Assembly (NCBI GenBank): GCA_000002445.1
Contig: CH464491.1
Location: 2,400,001 to 2,464,000, forward strand
Direction: 5' to 3'
DNA from: Trypanosoma brucei
Taxonomy: Eukaryota
Length of the DNA stretch: 64,000 nt
Below, one piece after another: positions 1 to 9,753 of this stretch. Within the stretch, counting starts at the first letter, position 1, and every line of letters begins with the position of its first letter. The translations under genes were made by a program, and so were the position numbers. Under the pieces are notes generated by a model. The model saw nothing but the letters and a program-made list of their open reading frames with translations, had not been told where the DNA came from and ran no database searches.

Positions 1-411
1 GGTTGGGGAGGACTGCGGCAAGGGCTGTTTGATAAAAATGATGATGCAATTAAGGTTATCAGACCACTGAGGTGGCCCACGAAGGAGTAAATCTTTTGTG
101 TGCGCCCCCTCTGCGGGTGGCTCGTGCGGAGATTATGGTGCAAGCCTACTGTATAGCAGTGGTTTCTTCCCTCTTCCCTAATGGTGTTGCCATCTTTTCT
201 ATTTTCCAGCAGACACTTATCCTCTACCAGCCTTGCCCTTGCCTTTTTCACCTTGATATCCTATTTTTCACATCGCAAAGCCATCCTTAACAGCATCCTA
301 AAACCGGTCCCTTTGAAGGACGCAGCATCTCACAACACCGCCTTCCACGAATTAGGCGGCAGCAAGTGAAGCAGCGGCTGTTAACAAGAGTAGCATAGAG
401 AAAGCACATAA

Positions 412-2553
412 ATGCATTCGAAAGCATCCTCTGTTTACATCGAGGCGTGCAAACGCGACCACGCAGAGTGTGCATTGGAGTTTGTGTACGCCTTGGATAA
501 CAATGAGTCAGAGGTGTGTCTTTCCAACCGAACCGTGCACCTTAATGATATCGATGTGAAATGTATTGCCGAAACACTGCAGACCACTCGACACACCGTC
601 CGCGCCCTGATCATGGAGGGAAACGCCTTCGGGTTGAATGGACTTCAGGCATTGCTTGAGGCAATAGAGGTGAACCCTGGAATTGTGCGCGAGCTGAGGC
701 TCGGGCGGAACAAGTTGAAGGACCAAGCAGCTGTTGTTATTGGGCATGTACTCTCTCGAAGTGGTTGTGGACTACGAGTACTTGACTTGTCTGAGAACGA
801 AATCACTAAACTGGGTGTTATACCTATAGCAGCCGCTCTAAGCAATGGCTTATGTGATATTGTAGAACTTTCCTTCCACAATAATAAGATCGAAGCTGAT
901 GCCGCGACGTACCTTGGACAGGCTATCCGTCAGGCTGGGAAACTGAAACACCTTCATCTTGGTTACAACACCATACGCGACGAGGGTGCTGTACAGCTTG
1001 CCAAGTGCATTCCGGTTACCGTCAGTTTATCAACCCTGGATCTTACCGCAAACCGTATTGGCGCAAGCGGTGGCAGGGAACTGGCCAGAGCTTTGATGAC
1101 AACCACATGCAATATACAGCGGTTGAACCTTCGCCACAATTTATTTGATAGCGAAACAATCGAGATGTACGGTGAGGTGATTGCAAGGAATACTTCCCTC
1201 ATTCAACTCTTCTTGGGTTTTATGAACCCTGCCCCAGAGTCAGCCGCGGTGGTGCTTTCCTCGCTCAGGAAGAACCGCACGATGCTGCTGTTGGATATAT
1301 ACGGCTGGAAGCTTCCACCTGATGAGGCGTGGACCATCATTAACAGTATACAGAAATCCAACACTATCCTTATGGCCCTAGTGACTGATGCCTGTCAGAG
1401 TATAGCAAAACAGATAGACCAAGGAAATGAGGAGAGAGACTATCAAGGCCAATATCCTATATATGTCGGCCCAGACGACCGCGACGCATACATGGCCACA
1501 AAGAGTCTACGTCGTGCCTCCCGCGCGCAATCGAGACGCCAATCACGGAGCAATTCCCGCATAGCGAGTTCACGAAATGCGACTCCCTCTGCTCTCACCA
1601 CTCCCGTCAACCGAAGGCAGCACGAGCGTACCTCTTCTCGGAAGAACTCTGAGAACCAGTCACGGCAATCAGCAAGTAATTCTCAAATCGGTCGAGAACC
1701 TAACTCTCAGAGAGACCAAAGCTATGTGGTCCCTCCCCATACGACGTCCACCGACAGGTCCCAGGAGAAGCATCGCGACATTCAAAGACGCTCGAGTAGA
1801 GGACTGGATCCCAGTGCCTCATACGATGCGCGAGTTAATCAGGGGACCAACGATGCTTCCCCAATGTCCGTATTTGAACTCGCACAATCAAATAAGGCCC
1901 TTGAGAGCCTTGTTGATGAGCTGCGACGGGAAATTGCGAGGCAAAAGGAGAACTATCGTGCCCTGGAAGCCCGCGTGACCGCATTGGAGATGCAGGGTCG
2001 GTGCCCCACCGTGCCTCAGCACCGTACCTCAGGGGTCCCCTCTCGGGAGGAAACCGTTGATCTCCGTCGATTGGGGAGGCCGCCGAGCACCACGAACGAT
2101 GATGCCTCACACCCAGCGAAGTCAATTATGAGTACTCCCTGCAACAGTGAGCGGGCGTATGATTTGCCTTCCCCTGGCGACCTTCGGCGAACAAACACGC
2201 AGTCGGATTTTGCACCCCCCAACCGATCAGCCTCTGCGGTGGAGTTATATTCCTTGAGGAGGAGGCGAAGCAATGCGCTAATAACTACCGGCCACGACCT
2301 TAACCAAAGTCGAACGAGCGAGGTGGAATCTCGCGGGGCGCCTGCCGAGTACCCACAGTTGAATTCACTTCGTGGTGATCCGTCATTCCCCCCAGCTGAA
2401 CCGGTACAACTTCCAATGGAAAACAAACCACTCGAAGTGGTGCTGCAAACATCCGCGAAACCACGCGAAGAGACTACAGTCTACTTGGGGCCCGGACCGT
2501 GCAAAGATAAGGACCCACCGCGCCGTAAAGGTTCCGTCCAATCCATATATTGA
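412..2553 (+). CDS. Leucine-rich-repeat (RNI/ribonuclease-inhibitor-type LRR) protein with Ser/Arg-rich low-complexity region and C-terminal coiled coil
   Basis: 713-aa ORF. The N-terminal ~330 aa carry repeated LxxLxLxxNxIgdeGa-type units (for example LDLSENEITKLG, LHLGYNTIRDEGA, LDLTANRIGASGG) typical of RNI-like LRRs. An RS/SR-rich stretch follows (SRRQSRSNSRIASSRN), then a heptad coiled coil (LESLVDELRREIARQKENYRALEARVTALE). There is no competing ORF on the same strand. Confidence 0.7.
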   Translation: MHSKASSVYIEACKRDHAECALEFVYALDNNESEVCLSNRTVHLNDIDVKCIAETLQTTRHTVRALIMEGNAFGLNGLQALLEAIEVNPGIVRELRLGRNKLKDQAAVVIGHVLSRSGCGLRVLDLSENEITKLGVIPIAAALSNGLCDIVELSFHNNKIEADAATYLGQAIRQAGKLKHLHLGYNTIRDEGAVQLAKCIPVTVSLSTLDLTANRIGASGGRELARALMTTTCNIQRLNLRHNLFDSETIEMYGEVIARNTSLIQLFLGFMNPAPESAAVVLSSLRKNRTMLLLDIYGWKLPPDEAWTIINSIQKSNTILMALVTDACQSIAKQIDQGNEERDYQGQYPIYVGPDDRDAYMATKSLRRASRAQSRRQSRSNSRIASSRNATPSALTTPVNRRQHERTSSRKNSENQSRQSASNSQIGREPNSQRDQSYVVPPHTTSTDRSQEKHRDIQRRSSRGLDPSASYDARVNQGTNDASPMSVFELAQSNKALESLVDELRREIARQKENYRALEARVTALEMQGRCPTVPQHRTSGVPSREETVDLRRLGRPPSTTNDDASHPAKSIMSTPCNSERAYDLPSPGDLRRTNTQSDFAPPNRSASAVELYSLRRRRSNALITTGHDLNQSRTSEVESRGAPAEYPQLNSLRGDPSFPPAEPVQLPMENKPLEVVLQTSAKPREETTVYLGPGPCKDKDPPRRKGSVQSIY

Positions 2554-3227
2554 TAGAGGATGCAAAATATATTTAAGTTGACACGTGAAGGGGAAAACTT
2601 ATTATAAAGGTTTTGCAAACCAAAGAGTGAACTTGATAGAATAGGCGTGATGGATTAGAGGGGATCGACGGATAAAAATCTGTGGGCACGACGAAGGAAA
2701 TGCTGAAACGGTGAGGGAGATTGGTGTGTAGGGTTAGACCTACCGTATAACCATCAGAAGTGGCAACAGAGGGCGGTGGAGCGTCAGAAAGGATCTGAGG
2801 ACTTGATTATTCGACGTCGTTTCGTAGACGGCGTGTCCCGTTGCATTACGAGGTGGGACCCAGTGTGGACAACGCACGTACTCGTATGTAAGGAGGATAA
2901 CATGCAATTGTTATTTCATTTGCGTTCTGCAAGGAGTAAGTTCCTCCCCACCACCACCCTGCGGTGCGATGCCTCACTTCACATAGTACTATGTGGAGTA
3001 GTCTGCTGTGCTTGTAGTAGTTCGACGTATTTTGTGCCAACTACTCTACTGCTTTTTTTTTTGACCATTTTCGGTAGTTGCGACTTGTTCTGTTTGTGTC
3101 TGACCCTTTCGATGCTTCAAAAAAAAAAAAACGGAACACATACGGTAAAAGTGTAATTAATTCACTTCCCTCATCTTGAATACTTGGAATGCCGCGGGGG
3201 AACTGTCGGTAATACTTAGAGTGATTC

Positions 3228-3300
3228 ATCGTTTTTTTTTTCGTTTTCACCACCTCTACACTGTTTTCCCGGATTTCAATTTATCTTCTTTCCTCGTAAC
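3228..3300 (+). promoter_or_regulatory. Polypyrimidine tract upstream of the 3320 start codon (candidate trans-splice signal)
   Basis: The run cgttttttttttcgttttcaccacctctacactgttttcccggatttcaatttatcttctttcctcg is followed by AG dinucleotides at about 3299 and 3306, then ATG 3320. Confidence 0.45.
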
Positions 3301-3319
3301 CAGGGATAGTGACGCGGGG

Positions 3320-6300
3320 ATGTCCGCATTTGAGTTTCTTCGGGGGAAGCTCGGCGGCAAGGTACCCGTGCGTTTGGATTGTGTACCACCTTGGACCCAG
3401 TGCTCGTCAGGGGGAAAAGTGGAAGAGGCAGATTGGCAGTCGGCACTCGATGCACTTTCCGCTGGGCAGTTGTTTCTACTCAGAGGCATTATGTCAGAAT
3501 GGCGGTCCGGTAACCTTGTTCAAGTGAATCGCTATCTTCAGGGTTGCACCGCTTACTTCGACCCCAGTAAGCCGCATCTATTGGCGTACTTCGTCGGCCT
3601 CGGTGGTATTGACTTATTCGTGACGTTATTGTGCGATGTTAATGTGCCGAATGGGGCTACTGATAGTTCTCCCCAAGCGCCCTTTAGAGCGGACTCACAA
3701 GACACGACTCCCTTCCACCTTGTCGGTGCTATCGATTTAATGTTACGTGTTCTAACGGAGCTAATGGTATGCCACAACGAACTTGGTTGGTATTATTACG
3801 ACCGATACCCCGGACTGTTTTTCCGACTACTCGAGCTTGCTAACGTGCCAGAGTTGAGATTGGTGTCTTTGATGATGCTGGAGCACCTCCTTCTTTGCGT
3901 AGGACCCGTGCTAGAGATATCAAAGGTTCCGGCGTTGCAGAAACTCATTCGTGTCGGTGACGATGTGGTGCTGGCTGTTATATGCCGCGTTGTTTCTCTT
4001 TTGATTGTGCCTGGTGTAGTGCTTGATCAGAGGGAGTCCGTTCCACACCGCCTTCTCTTTCCCGAAACCTTGCTTCCACTTCAACGCATCCAACGTGTCA
4101 TCGATAGCAACGTTTTGTGGCTCATTGGTGAGAAGGGACTCGTACAGCGCCTGGTGGCGTTGTGTGAAGTGACGGAGCCGAACAGCTTTCGCATGGCCCT
4201 TGGCAGCGAAAATCTTTCAAACTCACTTGCCGGTTACTCATTCCCTGTTTTGCTCCCGAATGAAGCTAGAGCAGCAACCCCGATTACCACCCGAGGGTTG
4301 GACGTAAACGGTTTAACCGAATACGGTCTCGGTGATCCCAATGTTCTTCAGCCTTTTGTAGCAGATGGTAATGGCGTTGACCGCGGGGAGGGTGGCCGTG
4401 TTCGTGATTATGCCAGCAGCGTGGGCGCTAACCCTGTTAGTCCAACGGCAACCTTGCCGGTTGAAGTGGTGGATACACTTCGGGCCTTCCTGCAGCCCTC
4501 ATTGGGTGTTTCGGCGGCGTTGTATCAAGATGATGATGGTGCGTCTGAAATTTCTGTTGAGACGACCGGCTCAGGTATAGATTTTAGTTGGTTTGTTGGT
4601 TGTGTGGATGCTAAGCAAAGATGGAGACTCCGCGATCTGACGCTGTGTGAGGAACTAGACGACAACCGTGTGCTTCTTTGTGGATTTGGACCACCCTCTG
4701 ATAAAAAGGCGAAAGAGAGTTTTGAGGAGAAAAACCGTGCCTTCTGGAACTTCCTTTCTCCAGTAATGCGGGTTCCCCTTACATTACACAACAGGTATGC
4801 AATTGTTGGTGCGCAAAGTGAGGTCATTTTTGTACTGAATGTCATGCTATCCACCTTCTTCGTCGGAGATGTGTGGCGGACGATGAAGGAATGCAAGTGG
4901 ATTGAGGTAGCGAGTAAATTCTACGATAGGGCATTCCAACCTCGCGGTGACAGTCAAGTTTTGTCTCCGTATCTTGAGCAGTGGCAGCACATGCAAGAAC
5001 TGCGGCTTCTCCCTCGCTTTTTAATACCTGAAAATGGCGCTGGGGAAGCCAGAAGAGCACCGAAGCAGCGCACTATTAAGCGCGGCTACGCTGCGGAGAA
5101 ATACCACAGGAACGAGGACGGTGTGGACGACAACAGTAACAGCAGTGACAGTGAGGCTGATAGTGACGATGAACGCGAAGAGGGACATCTGTTATCTGCC
5201 ATGCGACCGGGAGAGGACAAGGAGGCGTATAGGCGACCTAACAGTGGCCACATGAACGCGGATAGTGAAGAAGGAATAGACGAAAAAACTCATCATCACG
5301 AGGCGGAAACAATACGAAAATTGGAGTTGTTGCGCGGTGTGTTGGAATTCTTGAACACCCAGGACCGTTTTGAGTGCTCCATGCTTCAGCAAGGTGACAT
5401 TTTGAGTCAGGCCGCTCCATTGGCGCTTAAGGTAGCTAAGATGCTAGCAAATCGCAGTGAGGACAGCTGTGTTGAGACGACAGCTTGCCACGCACTGGAG
5501 GGTTATCTTAGGTGTTTTTCCTTTGGTTGTGTGAGTAGGAGCTCTCCAAATGAACCACAAACAGCTATTGGTGATATTCTCATGAGATCTATATTAGAGC
5601 ACCGTGTGTACAACGCTACATTCGTGCCTGGGCTCAGTGATTCTCTCACTCCCTCGAAGCGGATCGAAAGTGTATTCTCTTTGCTTGGAGAACTCGTTCG
5701 ATATCACTATGATAACCTTATGCTTCTTCAAGAGTATGTAATAGGGAACGTGGAATTATCCCACCTCAACGATCCCGCAGTCACGGTTTCATCTCATTCC
5801 CGTCAGCTACATGTTGGGTCAGGGCAAGTAGAGCAACTCATTCGTCTTCCTCCACTTGACAGAGAGGAGCATGAACCTTTCGTTCGAGTGCTCCTGCGTC
5901 GCCTGCGTGGCTACGGGTGCGACACCAACCTGTTTATGCGCAGCCTCCTGCTTTCGTTGACTCCAGGGCTGCGGTCTAAGATAAATTACATGTGGAAACC
6001 GGTCACTGAAGCCACGGTGGATGCGGGCGAGTCGCTCAGCTCCTCCTCTCGTATTGGAGACATCGTAACCGGCTACGCGCACCGGTTCAGTTACATCACC
6101 GCGTGTTCAAGGAGGTTCGTTGTAGTTATCAGCGAGATGCAACGAATGGAAAAGGCACTGGGAAAAGCGGCCGATGCGCCTACTTCGACTCCCGATCCAA
6201 CACGAGCGTTGGAGAATGCACGTTCCTCCTCTTTTGGACATATCGCTCACTTGACACTATGGGATATGTTGCAACTGTTATTGCGGAGCCCGCACCGCTT

Positions 6301-7057
6301 TTCACTGGAGGAAAGACCGTTTCCCGTGTTTTTTGACGACACCGACCGGGCAATTGTAATGGGTGAGATTGACTTGCCGCTGGTGGGCCCGCCTCCGCAT
6401 CTTGTTCAGCCTCTTTTCGAGAAGAGAGATCACTATAAGTCACTTTCGGAGCTCGAGAAAACTCTGCTCCGGGAGCCGCATGAGCTAGTATATGGCATGT
6501 TGGGGCCACTGAACGCGGAGAGAATCCACGGTACTGGGCGTCTTTGTGTGGTTACAACTTGCATTTTAGTTTTTGCTCGCGTTGCCTGTTTAGGTGGCGC
6601 TGGTGCCGTCCGCGGTGTGCTGGAAAAGCTAAAGCCGCTGGCGCGGGTAGGCTATGAGAAGTGGAAAAAGGAACGAGAAGCCCTTGGTCGAGGTGTGAAA
6701 AAAAGGAGGCGTGGCGACAGGTGGGGCCCGGGAAGGTGCTTTAATGATGATCGTGCTGCTTCTGATGGTCAGTGCCACTGTAAGGCAGAGGATGGCCGCC
6801 TCCGATGCTCTGCATTTCTACTACACGGCCACTGTAAGCCACTTGGCGCTGTTGAGTTGTACTACAGGTGCTATGGTGGGTGCTTTTTCCGAAACATGTT
6901 CCGACTTCTTTGCTTCTGGGTGGGGCACTACGGGGCATGCCAGCGCTACGTGGAGACGCTATTTTACTGCACCGAAGTGCCATTCGCCGAGTTGAAGAGT
7001 GTAATGTTGTATCTGTTCCGGCTGTTGCCTGATTACTTTCTTCCGGACATGGCGTGA
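3320..7057 (+). CDS. Large hypothetical protein (about 1246 aa) with an internal acidic Ser/Asp/Glu-rich segment; no domain recognised
   Basis: A 1293-aa uninterrupted + strand ORF runs 3176..7057. Its first 48 codons overlap a T-rich/polypyrimidine tract (3228..3300). The first ATG after that tract and an AG dinucleotide is at 3320 (MSAFEFLRG...), so I take 3320 as the more likely start. Codon usage is consistent with neighbouring genes. Confidence 0.55.
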   Translation: MSAFEFLRGKLGGKVPVRLDCVPPWTQCSSGGKVEEADWQSALDALSAGQLFLLRGIMSEWRSGNLVQVNRYLQGCTAYFDPSKPHLLAYFVGLGGIDLFVTLLCDVNVPNGATDSSPQAPFRADSQDTTPFHLVGAIDLMLRVLTELMVCHNELGWYYYDRYPGLFFRLLELANVPELRLVSLMMLEHLLLCVGPVLEISKVPALQKLIRVGDDVVLAVICRVVSLLIVPGVVLDQRESVPHRLLFPETLLPLQRIQRVIDSNVLWLIGEKGLVQRLVALCEVTEPNSFRMALGSENLSNSLAGYSFPVLLPNEARAATPITTRGLDVNGLTEYGLGDPNVLQPFVADGNGVDRGEGGRVRDYASSVGANPVSPTATLPVEVVDTLRAFLQPSLGVSAALYQDDDGASEISVETTGSGIDFSWFVGCVDAKQRWRLRDLTLCEELDDNRVLLCGFGPPSDKKAKESFEEKNRAFWNFLSPVMRVPLTLHNRYAIVGAQSEVIFVLNVMLSTFFVGDVWRTMKECKWIEVASKFYDRAFQPRGDSQVLSPYLEQWQHMQELRLLPRFLIPENGAGEARRAPKQRTIKRGYAAEKYHRNEDGVDDNSNSSDSEADSDDEREEGHLLSAMRPGEDKEAYRRPNSGHMNADSEEGIDEKTHHHEAETIRKLELLRGVLEFLNTQDRFECSMLQQGDILSQAAPLALKVAKMLANRSEDSCVETTACHALEGYLRCFSFGCVSRSSPNEPQTAIGDILMRSILEHRVYNATFVPGLSDSLTPSKRIESVFSLLGELVRYHYDNLMLLQEYVIGNVELSHLNDPAVTVSSHSRQLHVGSGQVEQLIRLPPLDREEHEPFVRVLLRRLRGYGCDTNLFMRSLLLSLTPGLRSKINYMWKPVTEATVDAGESLSSSSRIGDIVTGYAHRFSYITACSRRFVVVISEMQRMEKALGKAADAPTSTPDPTRALENARSSSFGHIAHLTLWDMLQLLLRSPHRFSLEERPFPVFFDDTDRAIVMGEIDLPLVGPPPHLVQPLFEKRDHYKSLSELEKTLLREPHELVYGMLGPLNAERIHGTGRLCVVTTCILVFARVACLGGAGAVRGVLEKLKPLARVGYEKWKKEREALGRGVKKRRRGDRWGPGRCFNDDRAASDGQCHCKAEDGRLRCSAFLLHGHCKPLGAVELYYRCYGGCFFRNMFRLLCFWVGHYGACQRYVETLFYCTEVPFAELKSVMLYLFRLLPDYFLPDMA

Positions 7058-8553
7058 CGAAGGTGAAGTTTGGCTGCTCTATGCGCGCTATCTATGTCTA
7101 TATCTATATATTGCATACACCCGTGCACTGCTAGTTTTCCTGGTGGTTGAGTTACATCAGTACACAAGGACGGAGGGAAAAGGCTGGCTATTCGGCTTGT
7201 AAGATGCAATCCGGAAAAGGGTGTCCGTTTCGGGTAGCGTCCGTGTGGAGTTTTAAGGTGAGGTTGCCTGTAGCAGGTTGTTGGGAACTCGCGCTGGCGA
7301 AAAGTAGGGTATCTGTAACATAAATAAGGGAACGAAAGCAAGCCATAGAGGGGAAAAACATGTCAACGGGCGTGCGAGATTAATTAGCATGGGCTCGGTG
7401 GTAGCAGGTAATGGTATTAAACCGGAAATGTGAGACTGGACACAGTGGACCTCAAGAAATATATACATGCGTGTGTGTGTGTTTGTATTTCCCACGAAAA
7501 GGTGGAGCAAAGTGTCCGTGAGTTCCTCCTTTTTTGTTCCGTTTGTTGTTTACTGATTTCTCGCATTCAACATGCCCCACCCCTCCCCACTCCAAAAAAA
7601 AAAAGTGGTCGACTTAACGTGAACGACGGCTGAGTGCGGTTTAAGCGGTGATTGAGCGTGAGGGAAGGACATGCGCACATGTGTGGGAGAATTACCTTTG
7701 TTGTTATAGAGTCACCATTGCTCCCTTCGTATGATATGAGTGCCTGTGCAAACTCTTCCACGTAGCTGATTCGCGACCGAAACACGAATCAAATAAAGTT
7801 ACGAAGGGTGTATTCCTGCGACAGTCTGAGGGGGATTATTACTTTCCACACTTACTCACATTCATTCATTTATTTGCTTTGCTTTCCTTTCCGTGTTCGT
7901 TCTTTTCCTTATATCTTCTGGTTGGTTTTGAAAATTGTAGGTTGACAGGCTGAAACACGAGGGAACGTATACGTGTGTGTGTTTGTGTGTTGGGGAAGCG
8001 GGTTGTGACCGCAGGATTTGCGTGATTGTCGAGAAAACGAAGTGAGATTGTCATTTTTCCGTTTCCTCTGCTCACTTACCCTTTTTTCCACTACGTAACG
8101 GTGGACCATTTTGAGGTAAGGGGTTGTCTACCAACCCACAAGCAAGCGGATATTTATTTGTACACGTGTATATACATATACGTGGATCCTCTTGAGAAAC
8201 TCGCCGTGTACCCGACAAAGCGCCTGCAATCGAAGAGTTTGTGAGGTTCATGCGATGGGGAGGGCACGCCATTCCTCTTTTGCGCCTTTTCAACCTTCAC
8301 CGAAGTCACCACCACCATTTACTATGTAGCGTATGTGGCTGAGAACACTGCCAACATTTGGTAATGATTCTCCAATTGTATCCCTTGTTTTGTACATACA
8401 GTTGTGTTTGCTGCATTTTATCGCTTACAGGCTGTTTAGCAATACATATATTGCTTTCCCTTTTGTTTGTGGGTGCATGCACTGGGCGGTGAAAGGCTGA
8501 ACAGGGTTTAAAATACATTCAGGCAAGCAAGAAATTTCCTTTTACAATCAACA

Positions 8554-9021
8554 ATGACGCGCAAGGTGGCTATCGGTGCTGACCACATCGGCTTCCCCAT
8601 TCACGAAAGCATTGTGCGGTACGTGCGGGAAGCAGGTGAGGAATTTGAACCTGTCTACATTGGCCCGCACAGTTTGGAGAGAGTTGACTACCCCGATTAC
8701 GCCCTCAATGTGGCACGGATGGTCGCCCGTGGCGAGGCGGACGTCGGTATTCTTGTTTGCGGCAGCGGAATTGGTATGTCGATCGCGGCAAATAAAGTCC
8801 CAGGAATTCGTGCTGCGCTTTGTTTCGACCACTATACGGCGGTCATGGCAAGACAGCACAACGATGCAAATGTCGTGTGCCTCGGGGAGCGCACGACGGG
8901 GCCGGCTGTGCTCAGGGAAATTATCATGACGTTCCTGCAGACACCATACAGCGGGGAGGACCGTCACACGCAGCGGCTGGAGAAGATTAAGGCTGCCGAA
9001 TCTAACACGAATGGTTGTTAG
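8554..9021 (+). CDS. RPIB: Ribose-5-phosphate isomerase type B (RpiB/LacAB family)
   Basis: 155-aa protein. Its length and motifs (IGADHIGFPIHE, VGILVCGSGIGMSIAANKVPGIRAAL, the C-terminal HxxRL region) match the RpiB/LacAB_rpiB fold known from trypanosomatid RpiB enzymes. A pyrimidine tract at 8535..8545 lies just upstream of the ATG. Confidence 0.88.
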   Translation: MTRKVAIGADHIGFPIHESIVRYVREAGEEFEPVYIGPHSLERVDYPDYALNVARMVARGEADVGILVCGSGIGMSIAANKVPGIRAALCFDHYTAVMARQHNDANVVCLGERTTGPAVLREIIMTFLQTPYSGEDRHTQRLEKIKAAESNTNGC

Positions 9022-9626
9022 GCCATATTTGGTAAATGATAATCCGAAAACGTTCAGCATACGCTAAATAAGCGAGAGAAAGGGTTGACAGATTAATATG
9101 AAAGTGAAACCAGAATCGACGTCAGAAGCGTAATTGACAACAAAGACGTAGCTGCAGGGGAATATGTAAACGAAGTTGGAGGCTGAAGGGAAAGATGCGA
9201 AGGTGAGGAGGGAGAAATATACTCGTATTAGAAGTTGAGGAGGAAGAGCGTTGTGGAAGAGGATGTTGTGAGAAGGCAAGCATAAACACTACTGGCACAC
9301 CAAACTGGTTGACATATGCTTTTTGCCCTTTTTTTCGAGTCAAACATATGTTGAGGGGATTCCTCCTGGTGGCGGACCCGCCGCTGCCCCGTGCCGGTTT
9401 CCCACGACGGTAAGCCCGCCTCACGTTCCCATCCTTTACCTCTTCCTAACTTTCTTGTGCTGGTGTGGACTCTCTCTAATCAGAAGAAAAAATCTTTGCA
9501 GTAAAGTCCACCATTGTCTTTCCCTTAGTACCTAGTACCAGCCGCGTGGTTGATTAACTTTTTGTAAAGGCAATTATTGGCGGTAGCCTCCTTAGTAGGG
9601 TGGGCGTATCAGACCATACGAGATCC

Positions 9627-9655
9627 ACACACACACACACACAGAGAGAGAGAGA
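9627..9655. repeat. (CA)n(GA)n compound microsatellite
   Basis: The run acacacacacacacacagagagagagaga is read directly from the sequence. It lies inside the over-extended 5' part of the EF-G ORF model. Confidence 0.95.
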
Positions 9656-9704
9656 CAGGGGGTGGTTGCCTTTTCGAAAAAGGGTCTGAGTTGCAAGGTT
9701 TTTT

Positions 9705-9750
9705 CTCCTTATATTATTTTACTTCACTTTTCATTTCACTCTCTTTCTGC
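9705..9750 (+). promoter_or_regulatory. Polypyrimidine tract upstream of EF-G2 start (candidate trans-splice signal)
   Basis: The run ctccttatattattttacttcacttttcatttcactctctttctgcc is followed by ATG 9754, with AG at 9766/9771 and ATG 9775. Confidence 0.45.
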
Positions 9751-9753
9751 CTA

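Noticed and set aside
7377-7440. tRNA-like sequence (gggctcggtggtagcaggtaatgg...)
   Set aside because: There is no T-loop consensus (GTTCGAATC or a variant) and no acceptor-stem complementarity at the expected spacing. The resemblance is limited to a GG-rich start.
7733-7850. Possible C/D-box snoRNA in the gene2-RpiB spacer (atgata...ctga...ctgagg arrangement)
   Set aside because: Box C is imperfect (TGATAT rather than TGATGA). I cannot identify a convincing rRNA-complementary guide adjacent to a D or D' box by eye. Trypanosomatid snoRNAs usually occur in reiterated clusters, which I do not see.
8548-9060. 170-aa minus-strand ORF fully overlapping the RpiB gene
   Set aside because: It lies antisense to a CDS with strong, specific homology and has no recognisable motifs. 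It is a typical shadow ORF of a GC-balanced coding region within a + strand transcription unit.
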